DNA from: Candidatus Latescibacterota bacterium
Lineage (GTDB): Bacteria > Latescibacterota > UBA2968 > UBA8231
Assembly: GCA_965203175.1 (NCBI GenBank)
Contig: OZ241867.1
Coordinates: forward strand, 288,001 to 352,000
Length of the DNA: 64,000 nucleotides
Direction of reading: 5' to 3'
Below, piece after piece: positions 1-9,887 of this stretch; position 1 is the first letter of the stretch, and every line of letters begins with the position of its first letter. Under the pieces are notes generated by a model. That model did no database searches and was not told where the DNA came from. It saw only the letters and a program-made list of their open reading frames with translations. A program made the position numbers and the translations under genes.

Positions 1-422
1 ACCGAAACGCCGTTTTTGAGCGCCGCCTCTCCGAGGTACTCTCCCCACTCCCAAACGGCGATCACTACGTCAACCGGGCATCCCATCGGATCAACTCCCA
101 AGTTCTCATAGCCGCGGAAGACGACTGGGCGGATATAGCAAGCCGCGAGCTGATTGACGCGGATCGTCTCGAGGATGGCTTCTTTGATCTGCTCGCGCGT
201 ATAGGGAATTTCCATGCGGTAGATCTTGGCGGAATCAAATAGCCTGTTGACGTGCTCGTCGAGACGGAATACGGCCGAGCCTTTCTCCGTCTCGTAACAG
301 CGAATGCCTTCAAAGACACTCGAGCCATAGTGTACTACATGGGAAAGCACGTGGATTTTGGCGTCGTCCCAATCGACCAATTGGCCATTAAACCAGATTT
401 TATCGCATTTGGGCAGGGGCAT
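1..422 (-). CDS. ilvE: Branched-chain amino acid aminotransferase (3' end runs off window)
   Basis: Not in the ORF track. Manual translation from ATG at 422 gives [43 protein letters not shown]...[17 protein letters not shown]...YIRP, typical class-IV BCAT. GAGGAG SD upstream. Confidence 0.95.
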   Translation of the reverse strand, partial: MPLPKCDKIWFNGQLVDWDDAKIHVLSHVVHYGSSVFEGIRCYETEKGSAVFRLDEHVNRLFDSAKIYRMEIPYTREQIKEAILETIRVNQLAACYIRPVVFRGYENLGVDPMGCPVDVVIAVWEWGEYLGEAALKNGVS

Positions 423-500
423 GTAGAAAATCTCCTCGAATAAGTATGCGATTAGTTAAGGTAACACCACTGCTAAACTGTTACCAGTGTTAAGAAGCTA

Positions 501-2468
501 TTACAGCGCTCGCGTATAGGTCGCAGAAAAGCTGTCAAACGTGCCGCTGAGCCGGTGATTGCGGCTGCCTGTCAAGGTCAGCTTGTTGTTGCTGCCGACC
601 GGATTGTAGTTGAAGGTCGCCCTCAGCGTTCGGTGTGTATTGCGGCGGTTGAGGAAGCGCGACGGTGCGAGCATGGAGTATTCGTACCCCCACTCGCGGT
701 CGAACCGATAGGCGTAGCTCGCGCTGGCCGAGTAGTCGGAACTGGCCGAGTACGTCATACCGAATTGGACGGAGTGTTTGGCATTCTCCTCTTCGACGAT
801 TTGGGCACCGTTTTCCGCGATTAAGGTGCCGAAATCATCAGCTTTATACTCGTAACTCGTGTTGAGAGCAAGGGCCTCTAAGATCTTGCGCCGGAGCGAG
901 TGCCGCATACTCCAGCCGCGGCGAATATTGCTTTCGCGCGACAACTCGCGGCGATTGACTTGGCGATCAAAGTCGTAAATGGTGCGCCGCGCGGAGATGC
1001 TGAATCTGTGCGAAAAGGACGCGCCTAAGCGCTCGTAATTGGTGCCAAGATTGAGCGAGATGTCGCGGTTGCGCGCGTTGTTTCCGGCACGTTTGGCGTG
1101 CAAGTTCACGCGATGCAAAAAGCTGTTTTTGAGGTCGACGTTGAGTTTGGCTCCCGAGCGCAGGGTGCCGTTATAGCTGAGGCTCACGCTGTTGTTGAAG
1201 GTGTCGCGGTCCTGCTCTGGTCTCCCGGGGTTTTCCGAGCGTTTGATCTCGCCGAAAGTCGTCAGCCGCAACGAGTGCCCATCAGCCAAAGGCCAGTTGA
1301 GCGAGCCGTTGAGAAAGAGGTTGCGGTCGCTAAGGTCGGAGCTTGGATCGCGACACGTTCCATCCGCCGAGCGCGTGAAGTGACTGTCGCAGCGGCTAGT
1401 ATCAAGCACCCGCACTGCGAGCCTACGCGCATCGCTGCCCTTGAAACGGACGCTGGTGTTGACGACCAACTTCTCGATTAGCTTGCCCGAAAGTGACGCG
1501 TCCCAACTAAAGTTTTCGCTGAGGCGGTCGGTCCCGAAGAAGCGGTTGTTTAAGTCTTGGGCCGCGTTAGCGGTGTTGGTGCGCTCGTTCTGACTATAAG
1601 AGGCGCGGTTTTTGATCTTGAATAGCCCTAGGTCGAACTCCACGCTGGAAGACAGGCTGGTGCCGCGCGTTTCCGATAACTCAGCACTGATCATCGTATC
1701 GCGCAACACGGCTTCCCCCGCCATATTCTCGCTGATGACGGCGCGCGTGAGACCCCGCTGAGAACGGTTCTCAGACATCCTCAGGCCGATGCGCACCTCC
1801 CCGGGAAAGGTATAGCTCACGTTACCGCTCATCCTCTCGCTGCGATCCTTGTTGTGCTCAAGTGTATCGTCCGTTTTGCTCAGCGAAATCGTGTTGCTCA
1901 CCTTCTTGCCCGCAATTTCTATTTCAGGCGAGACCCCCAGTGAAGCATTGTAGCGGATCCCGGTCTCCTTGATGGTGCTGTCGAGGTTGGCGCGGCTCGC
2001 GCGGGTGGCAGTGACTAGGCTTGGGGTCAGGCTGGCATTCAGGTTCTTGAATGGGCCACTGCTTAATGGCTTGGACCTAAATCCAAAGTTAAAGGACTGA
2101 TGGCGTGTCTTCTGCTTGTGTAGCGTTGAGTTGCTCGTGCTCATGTTGGCACCGAGTCTGATGGTGGCCTTCGGACCGAGAATGGGATAGCTGATCGAAG
2201 ATCGGCCCGAGGCTTTGTCCTGCCAACTCTTGCCGCTGCTGCGATCGTCGAGGGTAAACCCCATGCTCGCCGATGCGTTAATCGTCAGCTTGGAAGTCGA
2301 GTCCCCCACCGCCGAAAACCGCACGGGCGTCGAGTAGCTCCAGCTAGGAAACGAGGGACTCCAAGAGGTTCGGGAACTGGAACGGCTGAAGCTGAGCCTG
2401 TACTGCGCATCGGCCGCCGCCCATGCAGCCAAGACGAGCCAAACCACGTGCCACAAGACCGGTTTCAC
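501..2468 (-). CDS. Hypothetical secreted protein, probable outer-membrane beta-barrel
   Basis: Signal peptide (...AAWAAADA/Q) and alternating hydrophobic/polar strands throughout; ends FSATYTRAL; GTG start overlaps rsmA stop. Confidence 0.6.
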   Translation of the reverse strand: MKPVLWHVVWLVLAAWAAADAQYRLSFSRSSSRTSWSPSFPSWSYSTPVRFSAVGDSTSKLTINASASMGFTLDDRSSGKSWQDKASGRSSISYPILGPKATIRLGANMSTSNSTLHKQKTRHQSFNFGFRSKPLSSGPFKNLNASLTPSLVTATRASRANLDSTIKETGIRYNASLGVSPEIEIAGKKVSNTISLSKTDDTLEHNKDRSERMSGNVSYTFPGEVRIGLRMSENRSQRGLTRAVISENMAGEAVLRDTMISAELSETRGTSLSSSVEFDLGLFKIKNRASYSQNERTNTANAAQDLNNRFFGTDRLSENFSWDASLSGKLIEKLVVNTSVRFKGSDARRLAVRVLDTSRCDSHFTRSADGTCRDPSSDLSDRNLFLNGSLNWPLADGHSLRLTTFGEIKRSENPGRPEQDRDTFNNSVSLSYNGTLRSGAKLNVDLKNSFLHRVNLHAKRAGNNARNRDISLNLGTNYERLGASFSHRFSISARRTIYDFDRQVNRRELSRESNIRRGWSMRHSLRRKILEALALNTSYEYKADDFGTLIAENGAQIVEEENAKHSVQFGMTYSASSDYSASASYAYRFDREWGYEYSMLAPSRFLNRRNTHRTLRATFNYNPVGSNNKLTLTGSRNHRLSGTFDSFSATYTRAL

Positions 2469-3292
2469 GACCTCTCCTTTCCCAAGCGCGAGCAGGCATC
2501 GCTCAGCCGGATGAATTCCTCTATCGACAATTCCTCCGGGCGGCGCGTTAGTTCAATCCCCGCCTGCTGGCCCAGCTCTTCCAGCCAAGGCCGCCCCCCC
2601 TCGGGATTGAGGCCGAGGAGCGAATTGCGCAGCATTTTGCGCCGCTGGCCAAAGGCTCGGCGCACCAAGCGCTCGAAACAGTTTGCGTCCTCTACTGCGT
2701 AGCGGGATTTGGGTGCAAAGCATAGCTCGACTACGGCCGAATCCACCGCCGGCACGGGCCGGAAGCATTCGCGCCCCACCTGCAAGTGCATCTCCACTTC
2801 AGCGCGCATAGCCACCAGCACTGACAGCAAACTGTAATCCTTTGAACCGGGGCTAGCGACCAAGCGCTGAGCCACTTCGCGTTGGACCATGACGATGGCA
2901 CGGCTGATACAATCGGCGTGTGCGAGAAGGTGAAAGATCAGCGGAGCGGTGATATTGTAGGGAAGATTGCCGACAATCAGCAGCCGGTGCCCGCCCGCAG
3001 TCCGCAAGATCTCCCCGAGATCGACTTGCAGAATATCTCCTTCGATCAAGTGCAGCCTGCACGCGCCTTGGCGTGCGCGCAACAGGGCTGCCAAATCGCG
3101 GTCAATTTCCACGGCCACTAGGCGACCCACAGAAGCGAGCAGCACTTCGGTCAACGCGCCCCGACCTGGGCCGATCTCTAAGACCACTTCGCCAGCGGCT
3201 GGGCGCACTAGGCCGGCAATAGCTTCTATAACACCCCGAGCGATGAGGAAGTGCTGGGCAAAACGCGGCCGCGGTCGGTGGGCGTTTACCAA
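2465..3292 (-). CDS. rsmA: 16S rRNA m6,2A1518/1519 dimethyltransferase RsmA/KsgA
   Basis: FAQHFL, VLEIGPGRGALT, GNLPYNIT, AFGQRRKMLRNSL motifs. Start moved to TTG at 3292, which overlaps the holB stop (approximate). Confidence 0.95.
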   Translation of the reverse strand: MVNAHRPRPRFAQHFLIARGVIEAIAGLVRPAAGEVVLEIGPGRGALTEVLLASVGRLVAVEIDRDLAALLRARQGACRLHLIEGDILQVDLGEILRTAGGHRLLIVGNLPYNITAPLIFHLLAHADCISRAIVMVQREVAQRLVASPGSKDYSLLSVLVAMRAEVEMHLQVGRECFRPVPAVDSAVVELCFAPKSRYAVEDANCFERLVRRAFGQRRKMLRNSLLGLNPEGGRPWLEELGQQAGIELTRRPEELSIEEFIRLSDACSRLGKERS

Positions 3293-4425
3293 CGCCGTGT
3301 CCTCGCCAAGCTCGGGTCGGGCGGAGGCATCAGGGCTGATCCCCCACGGCGCAAGCCGCGCCACAAGTCAGTCAGCACTAACTGCGGACTAGCGTTGTGC
3401 CCCAAGGTCTCGGCTGCGCGGTCGATCTCTAAGGAAGCTCGGGCAGCGTCTATTTTCTCTAGCAGGTTTTCTAAATAAGGACGCCGATCTACTTGAACGA
3501 TGGATACGTCGCGGCCATGCGCCAACAGGAAAAGATCCCGTAGATACAGATCGCAGACTTGCAAAAAACGCTCTAACTGCCCCCGATCCCCCCCCAACTC
3601 CTCGAGGACGCTCCAATAGACCTCGTCCCGCTGTTCCGAGCCACCACTAAGAAACGACTCTACCAACTGCCGCGTTCCGTCAAACGCCCCGGCAGCCACC
3701 TCTTTGGCCTGCTGCAACGAGCCAGCCCCCATGCGCACGGCCAGTTCCAAACGCTCCCCAGACACGCCCTCTTGCTCGAGCTGCGCCCGCAAGGTCGCTG
3801 CATCTAAGGGACTCAAAATCATGCGCTGGCAGCGCGAGAGCACGGTGGGCAGGAGGCGCTCTGGTGCCGCCGAAACCAACGCGACGATGGCCCGGGCTGG
3901 AGGCTCTTCCAAGAGCTTGAGCAGCGAATTGGCACCCGCCGGGTGCATCCGCTCGGCGGCGAAGATCAGGCCGACCTTGCGCGGAGATTCCGTCGGTGCA
4001 AACGCCAGTTCTCTTTGCAACTGACGCAGGTGTTCAACCGCGATATTGGCATTGCTAGGCAGGGCTGCACCCGCTCCATGGACGTACTCCACTACGGACT
4101 CGCGCAAATCCGCTGGCGAAGACTTCTGCTTGTCTCGGCGAGGAGGTAGCGGCAATGCGGTGTGGAGGTCGGGATGTATAAGCGAAGCGACCTTGCGGCA
4201 GCTCGGGCAACGGTTGCAGGCGAAGGGGCCACTGCCAGTGCATAGCAGGGCTTTCGCCCACGCGAGCGCAAAGCGCCGTTTGCCGATTCCCTCGGCTCCA
4301 CAGATGAGAACCGCATGGGGGATGCGGCCCGATTCGAGCCAAGCTGCGGCCACGGCCCCAGCCCGGTCTCGACGAGCCAGATCGTTGAACTCCCCGGAGT
4401 GCGGGGTGCCGCCCGTGCTGTACAA
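3286..4425 (-). CDS. holB: DNA polymerase III subunit delta-prime
   Basis: PHAVLICGAEGIGK, zinc motif C..C..C..C, HPDL, ANSLLKLLEEPP, LPTVLSRC. Confidence 0.9.
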   Translation of the reverse strand: MYSTGGTPHSGEFNDLARRDRAGAVAAAWLESGRIPHAVLICGAEGIGKRRFALAWAKALLCTGSGPFACNRCPSCRKVASLIHPDLHTALPLPPRRDKQKSSPADLRESVVEYVHGAGAALPSNANIAVEHLRQLQRELAFAPTESPRKVGLIFAAERMHPAGANSLLKLLEEPPARAIVALVSAAPERLLPTVLSRCQRMILSPLDAATLRAQLEQEGVSGERLELAVRMGAGSLQQAKEVAAGAFDGTRQLVESFLSGGSEQRDEVYWSVLEELGGDRGQLERFLQVCDLYLRDLFLLAHGRDVSIVQVDRRPYLENLLEKIDAARASLEIDRAAETLGHNASPQLVLTDLWRGLRRGGSALMPPPDPSLARTRRW

Positions 4426-4433
4426 GCCAATCC

Positions 4434-5543
4434 CTATTTCTGCAACAGGCTCTCTTGGTTGTCCAGAGCAAAAAAGTGGGCTTTGTCTATCTCGATGACC
4501 AACCGCACCGTTTGGTCAACTTGCGGCATGTGCAACGGATCGACGCGCGCGACAAAAGCGGTCTTGCCGGTGGTCAGGTTGAGGAAGACCTCGTTGCCCA
4601 TGGGTTCGACCACCTCGACCTTGGCCGTAATTTCCACGGTCTCGACATTGCGACCAATGGTATCCGGATCGTGAATGTCTTCCGGACGGATGCCCAGCGT
4701 CACCTCCTGACCCAAGTGGCTGCCTAGCTGATCGCCGTGGCCGGTGGGCAGGGCGAGTTGCACATTGCCTTCGTCGAAGACTATCCCGCTGCCATTGGAG
4801 GATAGCGTACCGCGGATGAAGTTCATGGAAGGGCTACCGATAAAGCCAGCAACGAACTGGTTGACGGGTTTGTTGTAGAGATGGAGAGGTTTGTCGATCT
4901 GCTGGATTAGGCCATCGCGCATGACCACTATGCGGTCTCCCATGGTCATGGCCTCGACTTGGTCGTGTGTTACGTACACCATGGTGGCCCCTAGGCGGGT
5001 GTGCAACTTGCTGATCTCGGTGCGCATCTGCACCCGCAGCTTGGCGTCGAGGTTGGAGAGCGGTTCGTCAAAGAGGAATACCTTGGGCTTGCGGACGATG
5101 GCGCGCCCCACTGCCACGCGCTGGCGCTGACCTCCTGAAAGCGCTTTGGGCTTGCGCTCTAGCAAGTCTTGGATGCCGAGTATATCGGCTGCCTCTTGCA
5201 CCCGCGCCTCAATCTCGTCTTTGGGATATTTCCGCAGCTTAAGCCCAAAGGCCATGTTTTGATAGACGCTCATGTGCGGGTAGAGCGCGTAATTCTGGAA
5301 GACCATGGCAATGTCGCGGTCTTTGGGGGGCACGTCGTTGACGATCGTCCCATCTATCGAAATCTCGCCGGCGGTGATTTCCTCAAGCCCGGCGATCATC
5401 CGCAGCGTCGTGGACTTGCCGCAGCCCGACGGACCGACGAGTACTACGAATTCTTTGTCCTTGATTTCGATATTGGCGTCGTCCACTGCCACCACTTCTT
5501 TGTCGTACACCTTGCGGATATTCTTCAGAATTACTTCGGCCAT
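4434..5543 (-). CDS. Stand-alone sugar ABC transporter ATP-binding protein (MsmX/UgpC/MalK family)
   Basis: GPSGCGKST Walker [30 protein letters not shown]-terminal TOBE region. Confidence 0.95.
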   Translation of the reverse strand: MAEVILKNIRKVYDKEVVAVDDANIEIKDKEFVVLVGPSGCGKSTTLRMIAGLEEITAGEISIDGTIVNDVPPKDRDIAMVFQNYALYPHMSVYQNMAFGLKLRKYPKDEIEARVQEAADILGIQDLLERKPKALSGGQRQRVAVGRAIVRKPKVFLFDEPLSNLDAKLRVQMRTEISKLHTRLGATMVYVTHDQVEAMTMGDRIVVMRDGLIQQIDKPLHLYNKPVNQFVAGFIGSPSMNFIRGTLSSNGSGIVFDEGNVQLALPTGHGDQLGSHLGQEVTLGIRPEDIHDPDTIGRNVETVEITAKVEVVEPMGNEVFLNLTTGKTAFVARVDPLHMPQVDQTVRLVIEIDKAHFFALDNQESLLQK

Positions 5544-5614
5544 CGCGTCCCTCTTCTACTGTTATAGGCTTCGGCAGTTATTGTGCTAGAAAGAGTTAGA
5601 GTATAATAAATAAA

Positions 5615-6070
5615 TTACAAAATCTCTATGTTGCATTCCATTAAAACGGCATCGTCTGGGGGATCGCTGTAGTACGCCGCCCGCCGCCCTACGGTCCGGA
5701 ACCCCGCCTTGCGATAGAGCGCCCGCGCGGCCCGATTTGTCGATCGCACCTCGAGCGCACAACAACTAGCGCCTTGCTCTGCGGCCAAGCTCAATATCCG
5801 CAACAACAACTGCCCACCCCATCCTTGGTTCCGATATGCCGGAACCACTGCGAGGCTGGCGAGGTGAAAATCGCGGCCAGCGAAATAACCCAGCGCGTAG
5901 CCGATCAGCTCGCCGCGGTGCAAAAGCCCCAAACACAGGGCATCTCTATCTGCAAGTAAATAGCAAAAATCGGCCTTGCCCCACGGATTGGCGAAAGAGA
6001 CTCGCTCGATCTCCAGCAAGCGATGTAGGTGGATCAGCCCTAGCGAAGCGAAGCGACTCTCGTTGCTCAT
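5615..6070 (-). CDS. rimI: Ribosomal protein S18 alanine N-acetyltransferase
   Basis: IERVSFANPW, LEVRSTN, LYRKAGF, RAAYY..PPDDA; follows tsaB. Confidence 0.9.
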   Translation of the reverse strand: MSNESRFASLGLIHLHRLLEIERVSFANPWGKADFCYLLADRDALCLGLLHRGELIGYALGYFAGRDFHLASLAVVPAYRNQGWGGQLLLRILSLAAEQGASCCALEVRSTNRAARALYRKAGFRTVGRRAAYYSDPPDDAVLMECNIEIL

Positions 6071-6765
6071 GCCCGCGCTAGGGGACGAGCATCGGGCAAG
6101 CGCAAGTATTCAGGTTCCACTGAATCCAAGTCCGCAGTCTGGCCTTTCTCCAGCTTGGACAGCGCCAGCCAGCCAATAGTCCCGGCGTCGGGACGAGCGC
6201 AAGGCAGGGGGGCAAATTGCGCGGCCGAATTGTCCGCCAACAGATCCCGATAGGCCGTGGCTCCGTCTCCGGTGTAAACCGTCGATGCGTTGGCCCGCTC
6301 TTGGGCCAACTGCGCTGGCTCAATAGCTCTAGGCGGCACCAATTCGACTGGGACGCCTGTCGCCGTGTCGTAGAGCGCGGCATAGACCTCGCGCTTGCGC
6401 GCGTCGAGGACAGTACAAACAGGTTTGTGAGCAAAGGGCAGACGGGCAGCCAGTGCTTCCAGCGTTGAAACGGTCACTAGATCTTTGCCCGCGGCCAGAC
6501 ACAAGCCCTTAGCTGCGCTCAACCCAATCCGCAGGCCAGTAAACGACCCCGGCCCAATCGCGACGGCTACGGCCCGTACTTCCCCGACATCCATGTCTGC
6601 GGCCTCTAGTGCTGCCTCCACCTCGCCGAACAGTCGCTGTGAATGCTGCAATCCCACATCGAAATAACGGCTGACGACGATCCCTTCTGCCGCACAGAGC
6701 GCTACGCTACCGACCCGGGTAGCCGTGTCCAACGCCAGAATCGCATCGCGGCCATGCGCGCTCAT
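6067..6765 (-). CDS. tsaB: tRNA threonylcarbamoyladenosine biosynthesis protein TsaB
   Basis: ILALDTAT, GPGSFTGLRIG, DARKREVY, EPEYLR; ATG at 6765 overlaps ruvB stop. Confidence 0.95.
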   Translation of the reverse strand: MSAHGRDAILALDTATRVGSVALCAAEGIVVSRYFDVGLQHSQRLFGEVEAALEAADMDVGEVRAVAVAIGPGSFTGLRIGLSAAKGLCLAAGKDLVTVSTLEALAARLPFAHKPVCTVLDARKREVYAALYDTATGVPVELVPPRAIEPAQLAQERANASTVYTGDGATAYRDLLADNSAAQFAPLPCARPDAGTIGWLALSKLEKGQTADLDSVEPEYLRLPDARPLARA

Positions 6766-7787
6766 AGAAGCTCCAATTGCTCGCCGGGGCTTGGCGGTGG
6801 CTCGAAGCCGAGGCGCTCCCAAGCTCGCGGCATGGCGACGCGGCCCTTGGGGGTGCGCTTAATAAACCCTTCTTTGATCAAATAAGGCTCGACCACTTCC
6901 TCGATTGTCTCGGCCTCCTCGCCGATTGTAGCCGCTATATTACTCAGGCCGACCGGGCCGCCGTTGAATTTTTCAATAATGGCCCGCAGCAACGTGATAT
7001 CCATCTTATCGAGCCCCATCTCGTCGACATCTTGGATGACGAGTGCCTTTTGCACCACCTCGGCATCGATCTCGCCTTCGCCTTCCACTTGGGCAAAATC
7101 GCGCGCTCGGCGCAGCCAGCGCTTGGCAATCCGCGCCGTACCGCGGGAGCGACGGGCAATTTCCATCGCGCCTGACTCTGAGACCGACAAACTGAGCAGA
7201 CGAGCGTCGCGCTTGACGATCGCAGCGAGTTCGGCGACCGAGTAGTAGTCGAGGTGGGCATTGAGCCCAAAGCGAGCGCGCATCGGCGAAGTCAACAGGC
7301 CTTGGCGCGTCGTGGCCCCGATTAAGGTAAAAGGTTCCAGTGGTACGCTGACGGAGCGGGCCGCCGGGCCTTGGTCGATGATGATGTCAATTTTGAAGTC
7401 CTCCATCGCCGAGTACAGGTATTCCTCGACCACCCGATTGACGCGGTGAATCTCGTCGATGAAGAGTACGTCGCGTGGCTCCATGGTCGTGAGCATGCCG
7501 GCCAAGTCGCTCGGACGCTCGAGCAAAGGCCCTGAAGTGGGATAGATTTCAACGTCTAGCTCTTTGGCGATCACGTACGAAAGCGTCGTCTTGCCCAGAC
7601 CGGGCGGACCGTACAGCAGCACGTGATCCATGGCTTCGCCGCGCTGCCGAGCGGCTTCAATGGCAATGCCGAGTTGTTGCTTGGTCTTTTCTTGGCCCAG
7701 CATCTCGGCAAGGGACTGAGGACGCAGCGTATTGTCGAACTGAAGGTCGTCGTCTCCGCCACTAGGATCTGTGGGGCGATGGTCCAT
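6762..7787 (-). CDS. ruvB: Holliday junction branch migration helicase RuvB
   Basis: LRPQSL, GPPGLGKTTL, LFIDEIHR, FTLIGATTR, EPYLI..G...RTPKGR. Confidence 0.98.
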   Translation of the reverse strand: MDHRPTDPSGGDDDLQFDNTLRPQSLAEMLGQEKTKQQLGIAIEAARQRGEAMDHVLLYGPPGLGKTTLSYVIAKELDVEIYPTSGPLLERPSDLAGMLTTMEPRDVLFIDEIHRVNRVVEEYLYSAMEDFKIDIIIDQGPAARSVSVPLEPFTLIGATTRQGLLTSPMRARFGLNAHLDYYSVAELAAIVKRDARLLSLSVSESGAMEIARRSRGTARIAKRWLRRARDFAQVEGEGEIDAEVVQKALVIQDVDEMGLDKMDITLLRAIIEKFNGGPVGLSNIAATIGEEAETIEEVVEPYLIKEGFIKRTPKGRVAMPRAWERLGFEPPPSPGEQLELL

Positions 7788-7797
7788 AGCCGAGCCT

Positions 7798-8388
7798 TCA
7801 GCGTTCCTTGAGGGCCAGTTTAATTAGCTGTTGCACACTCAGATCAGTGCCGTGCTTTTCGACGGCCTTGCGCACCGCTTGGCGCGCGGCAGGTGCTGCG
7901 TACCCCAACGTCATCAGAGCCTTTGCCGCTTCGTCGGTCGCGCCAGGTTTGGCCTCCGAGGCCGCTTCGCCGGTCGCCGGGGCACTCGCGCGGACTTTGT
8001 CCTTTAGATCGAGTACCAAGCGTTCTGCGGTCTTGCGACCAATGCCCTTGATCGCCGTCAGTTCGGCTATGCGCTCCTCTAAGATGGCCTCCTGTAAATC
8101 GCGCAGGGTCATGCCCGACAGCACGGTCAACGCCGAATGAGGACCGATGCCCGAAACGCCGATCAGCAACTCGAATATCTCCCGCTCTTCCTCATTGGCA
8201 AAGCCGAAAATCTCCATGCGGTCTTCGCGCACGTAGAGATAGGTAGACAAATGGACCGCCTCGGAGGCTGGAGGCAGTTGATCGAAAGTTATCAGGGATA
8301 TGGCCAAGCCATAACCCACGCCTCCGACGTCAACGACGGCATGGGTAGGTGATTTGGACAGGAGTGTTCCGCGCAGATGTGTTATCAC
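7798..8388 (-). CDS. ruvA: Holliday junction branch migration protein RuvA
   Basis: GTG start at 8388: MITHLRG..VDVGGVGY, VRED, VSGIGP, IKGIGRKTAERL, LMTLGY. Confidence 0.95.
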   Translation of the reverse strand: MITHLRGTLLSKSPTHAVVDVGGVGYGLAISLITFDQLPPASEAVHLSTYLYVREDRMEIFGFANEEEREIFELLIGVSGIGPHSALTVLSGMTLRDLQEAILEERIAELTAIKGIGRKTAERLVLDLKDKVRASAPATGEAASEAKPGATDEAAKALMTLGYAAPAARQAVRKAVEKHGTDLSVQQLIKLALKER

Positions 8389-8396
8389 GGATATAC

Positions 8397-8942
8397 CTAA
8401 CGCCGGACCATGCGGCTGAGCAAGGCCTCTATCTCGGGCTTGCGCTGTCCTCGGCCCTCGCACATAACCCGGCCGGACTGCTGGGTGTGGCATAGCGCGA
8501 TAGCCAAGGCGTCTGATGCATCGAGGGGCTTGGGCCGTTCCTTCAGACCCAAGGTGCGGGCTACCATGAACTGGACCTGCTGCTTGGTCGCTTGGCCATT
8601 TCCGGTCATCGATCTTTTAACCATCGTCGGTGCATAGTGAGCAATGGGCAAGCCGGCTTTGCGCATGGCGATGATCAGGACGCCTCTCGCTTGGCCTAGC
8701 TTGGCCGCCGCTGTGGCGTCCTTGCCGAAGAACGTGGTTTCGATTGCCCCCTCGTCTGGGGCGTATTCGCCGATCAGCCGCGTCATCTCGTCGAACATGT
8801 AAACCAGCCGATCCTCAAACTCATCTTCCCTAGGGCGAATACAGCCACAGGCAACATAGCGGGCCTTGCGCTTGCTGTACTCGACGAAGCCGTAGCCAGT
8901 GCTCGTGCTGCTAGGATCTACCCCAAGAATGAGCAAAGCCAA
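8397..8942 (-). CDS. ruvC: Crossover junction endodeoxyribonuclease RuvC
   Basis: ILGVDP, LGQARG, TGNGQATKQQV, DASDALAIALCH. Confidence 0.95.
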   Translation of the reverse strand: MALLILGVDPSSTSTGYGFVEYSKRKARYVACGCIRPREDEFEDRLVYMFDEMTRLIGEYAPDEGAIETTFFGKDATAAAKLGQARGVLIIAMRKAGLPIAHYAPTMVKRSMTGNGQATKQQVQFMVARTLGLKERPKPLDASDALAIALCHTQQSGRVMCEGRGQRKPEIEALLSRMVRR

Positions 8943-8948
8943 GACCCA

Positions 8949-9707
8949 CTAGGCCTGAGCCATGAGTTTTTCGAGTTCGTCTTCGCGGAGATCGAAATTG
9001 GAAAAGACCTTCTGTACGTCGTCTAGATCCTCCAATGCTTCGAGGAGGCGGATAATTTTCTCGGCCTCTTCGCCTTGTACTTCGAGAACGTTTTCGCGTT
9101 TGGGCATCCAAGCCAACGTCGCCTGGGCGAAGGCAATGCCGTTGTCCTCTAGGGCCTTTTTAACCGGCTCCAAATCGGTAACCGGGGTCGTTACTTCGTG
9201 GACTTGGTCACCGTCTTGGATGTCCTCGCCTCCTGCATCTACGACCGCCAATAGGAGGTCGTCTTCGGAAACATGGGCCTTGTCCACTTCGATAACACCC
9301 TTGTGTTCAAACATCCAAGCTACCGCCCCGCTCTCTGCTAGGTTGCCGTTGTACTTCGTGAATACATGGCGAATTTCGGAAACCGTGCGGTTGCGGTTGT
9401 CCGATAGGGTCTCGACCATGATGGCCACCCCACCGGGGCCATAACCTTCAAAGAGTCCCTCCTCATATATCGCCCCCGGCTCGTCGCCGGTACCGCGACG
9501 TATGGCGCGCTCAATGGTTGCCGCGGGCATATTGGCCGCTTTGGCATTCTGGACTGCCGTGCGCAGACTCGGGTTATTCGCCTCATCGCCTCCACTGCGG
9601 GCGGCCACTGAAATCTCGCGGATCAACTTAGTAAATATCTTGCCGCGCTTGGCGTCGTTAGCACCTTTTTTGCGCTTGATTGTACTCCATTTGGAGTGGC
9701 CGGACAT
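8949..9707 (-). CDS. yebC: YebC/PmpR family protein
   Basis: MSGHSKWSTIKRKK start at 9707, EGYGPGG, SDNRNRT, LEDLDDVQ. Confidence 0.97.
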   Translation of the reverse strand: MSGHSKWSTIKRKKGANDAKRGKIFTKLIREISVAARSGGDEANNPSLRTAVQNAKAANMPAATIERAIRRGTGDEPGAIYEEGLFEGYGPGGVAIMVETLSDNRNRTVSEIRHVFTKYNGNLAESGAVAWMFEHKGVIEVDKAHVSEDDLLLAVVDAGGEDIQDGDQVHEVTTPVTDLEPVKKALEDNGIAFAQATLAWMPKRENVLEVQGEEAEKIIRLLEALEDLDDVQKVFSNFDLREDELEKLMAQA

Positions 9708-9832
9708 CGGCTTTATCTCCTTGCCAATCCCCACGCGCAATCCCGCTCCTCAAAGCAGAAGCATAGCTCGGGGAAAATCGACTGTTTCTATGACATTATT
9801 AAGATAAAAAAACCCGCGCAATCCAAAAAGCG

Positions 9833-9865
9833 AAGGGCGGCCGACCTTTTTGGCCGACCGCCCTT
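9833..9865 (-). terminator. Hairpin downstream of the EF-G paralog, probable intrinsic terminator
   Basis: AAGGGCGG...CCGCCCTT inverted repeat followed by a T run on the minus strand. Confidence 0.6.
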
Positions 9866-9887
9866 TACAACGGATGATAGAAGCTGC

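Noticed and set aside
65-443. Track ORFs 65-328 and 252-443
   Set aside because: They overlap the real ilvE frame, which the track missed because it runs off the window edge.
460-485. Inverted repeat GGTAACA-N12-TGTTACC upstream of ilvE
   Set aside because: Single short instance; cannot distinguish an operator from a weak hairpin or chance.
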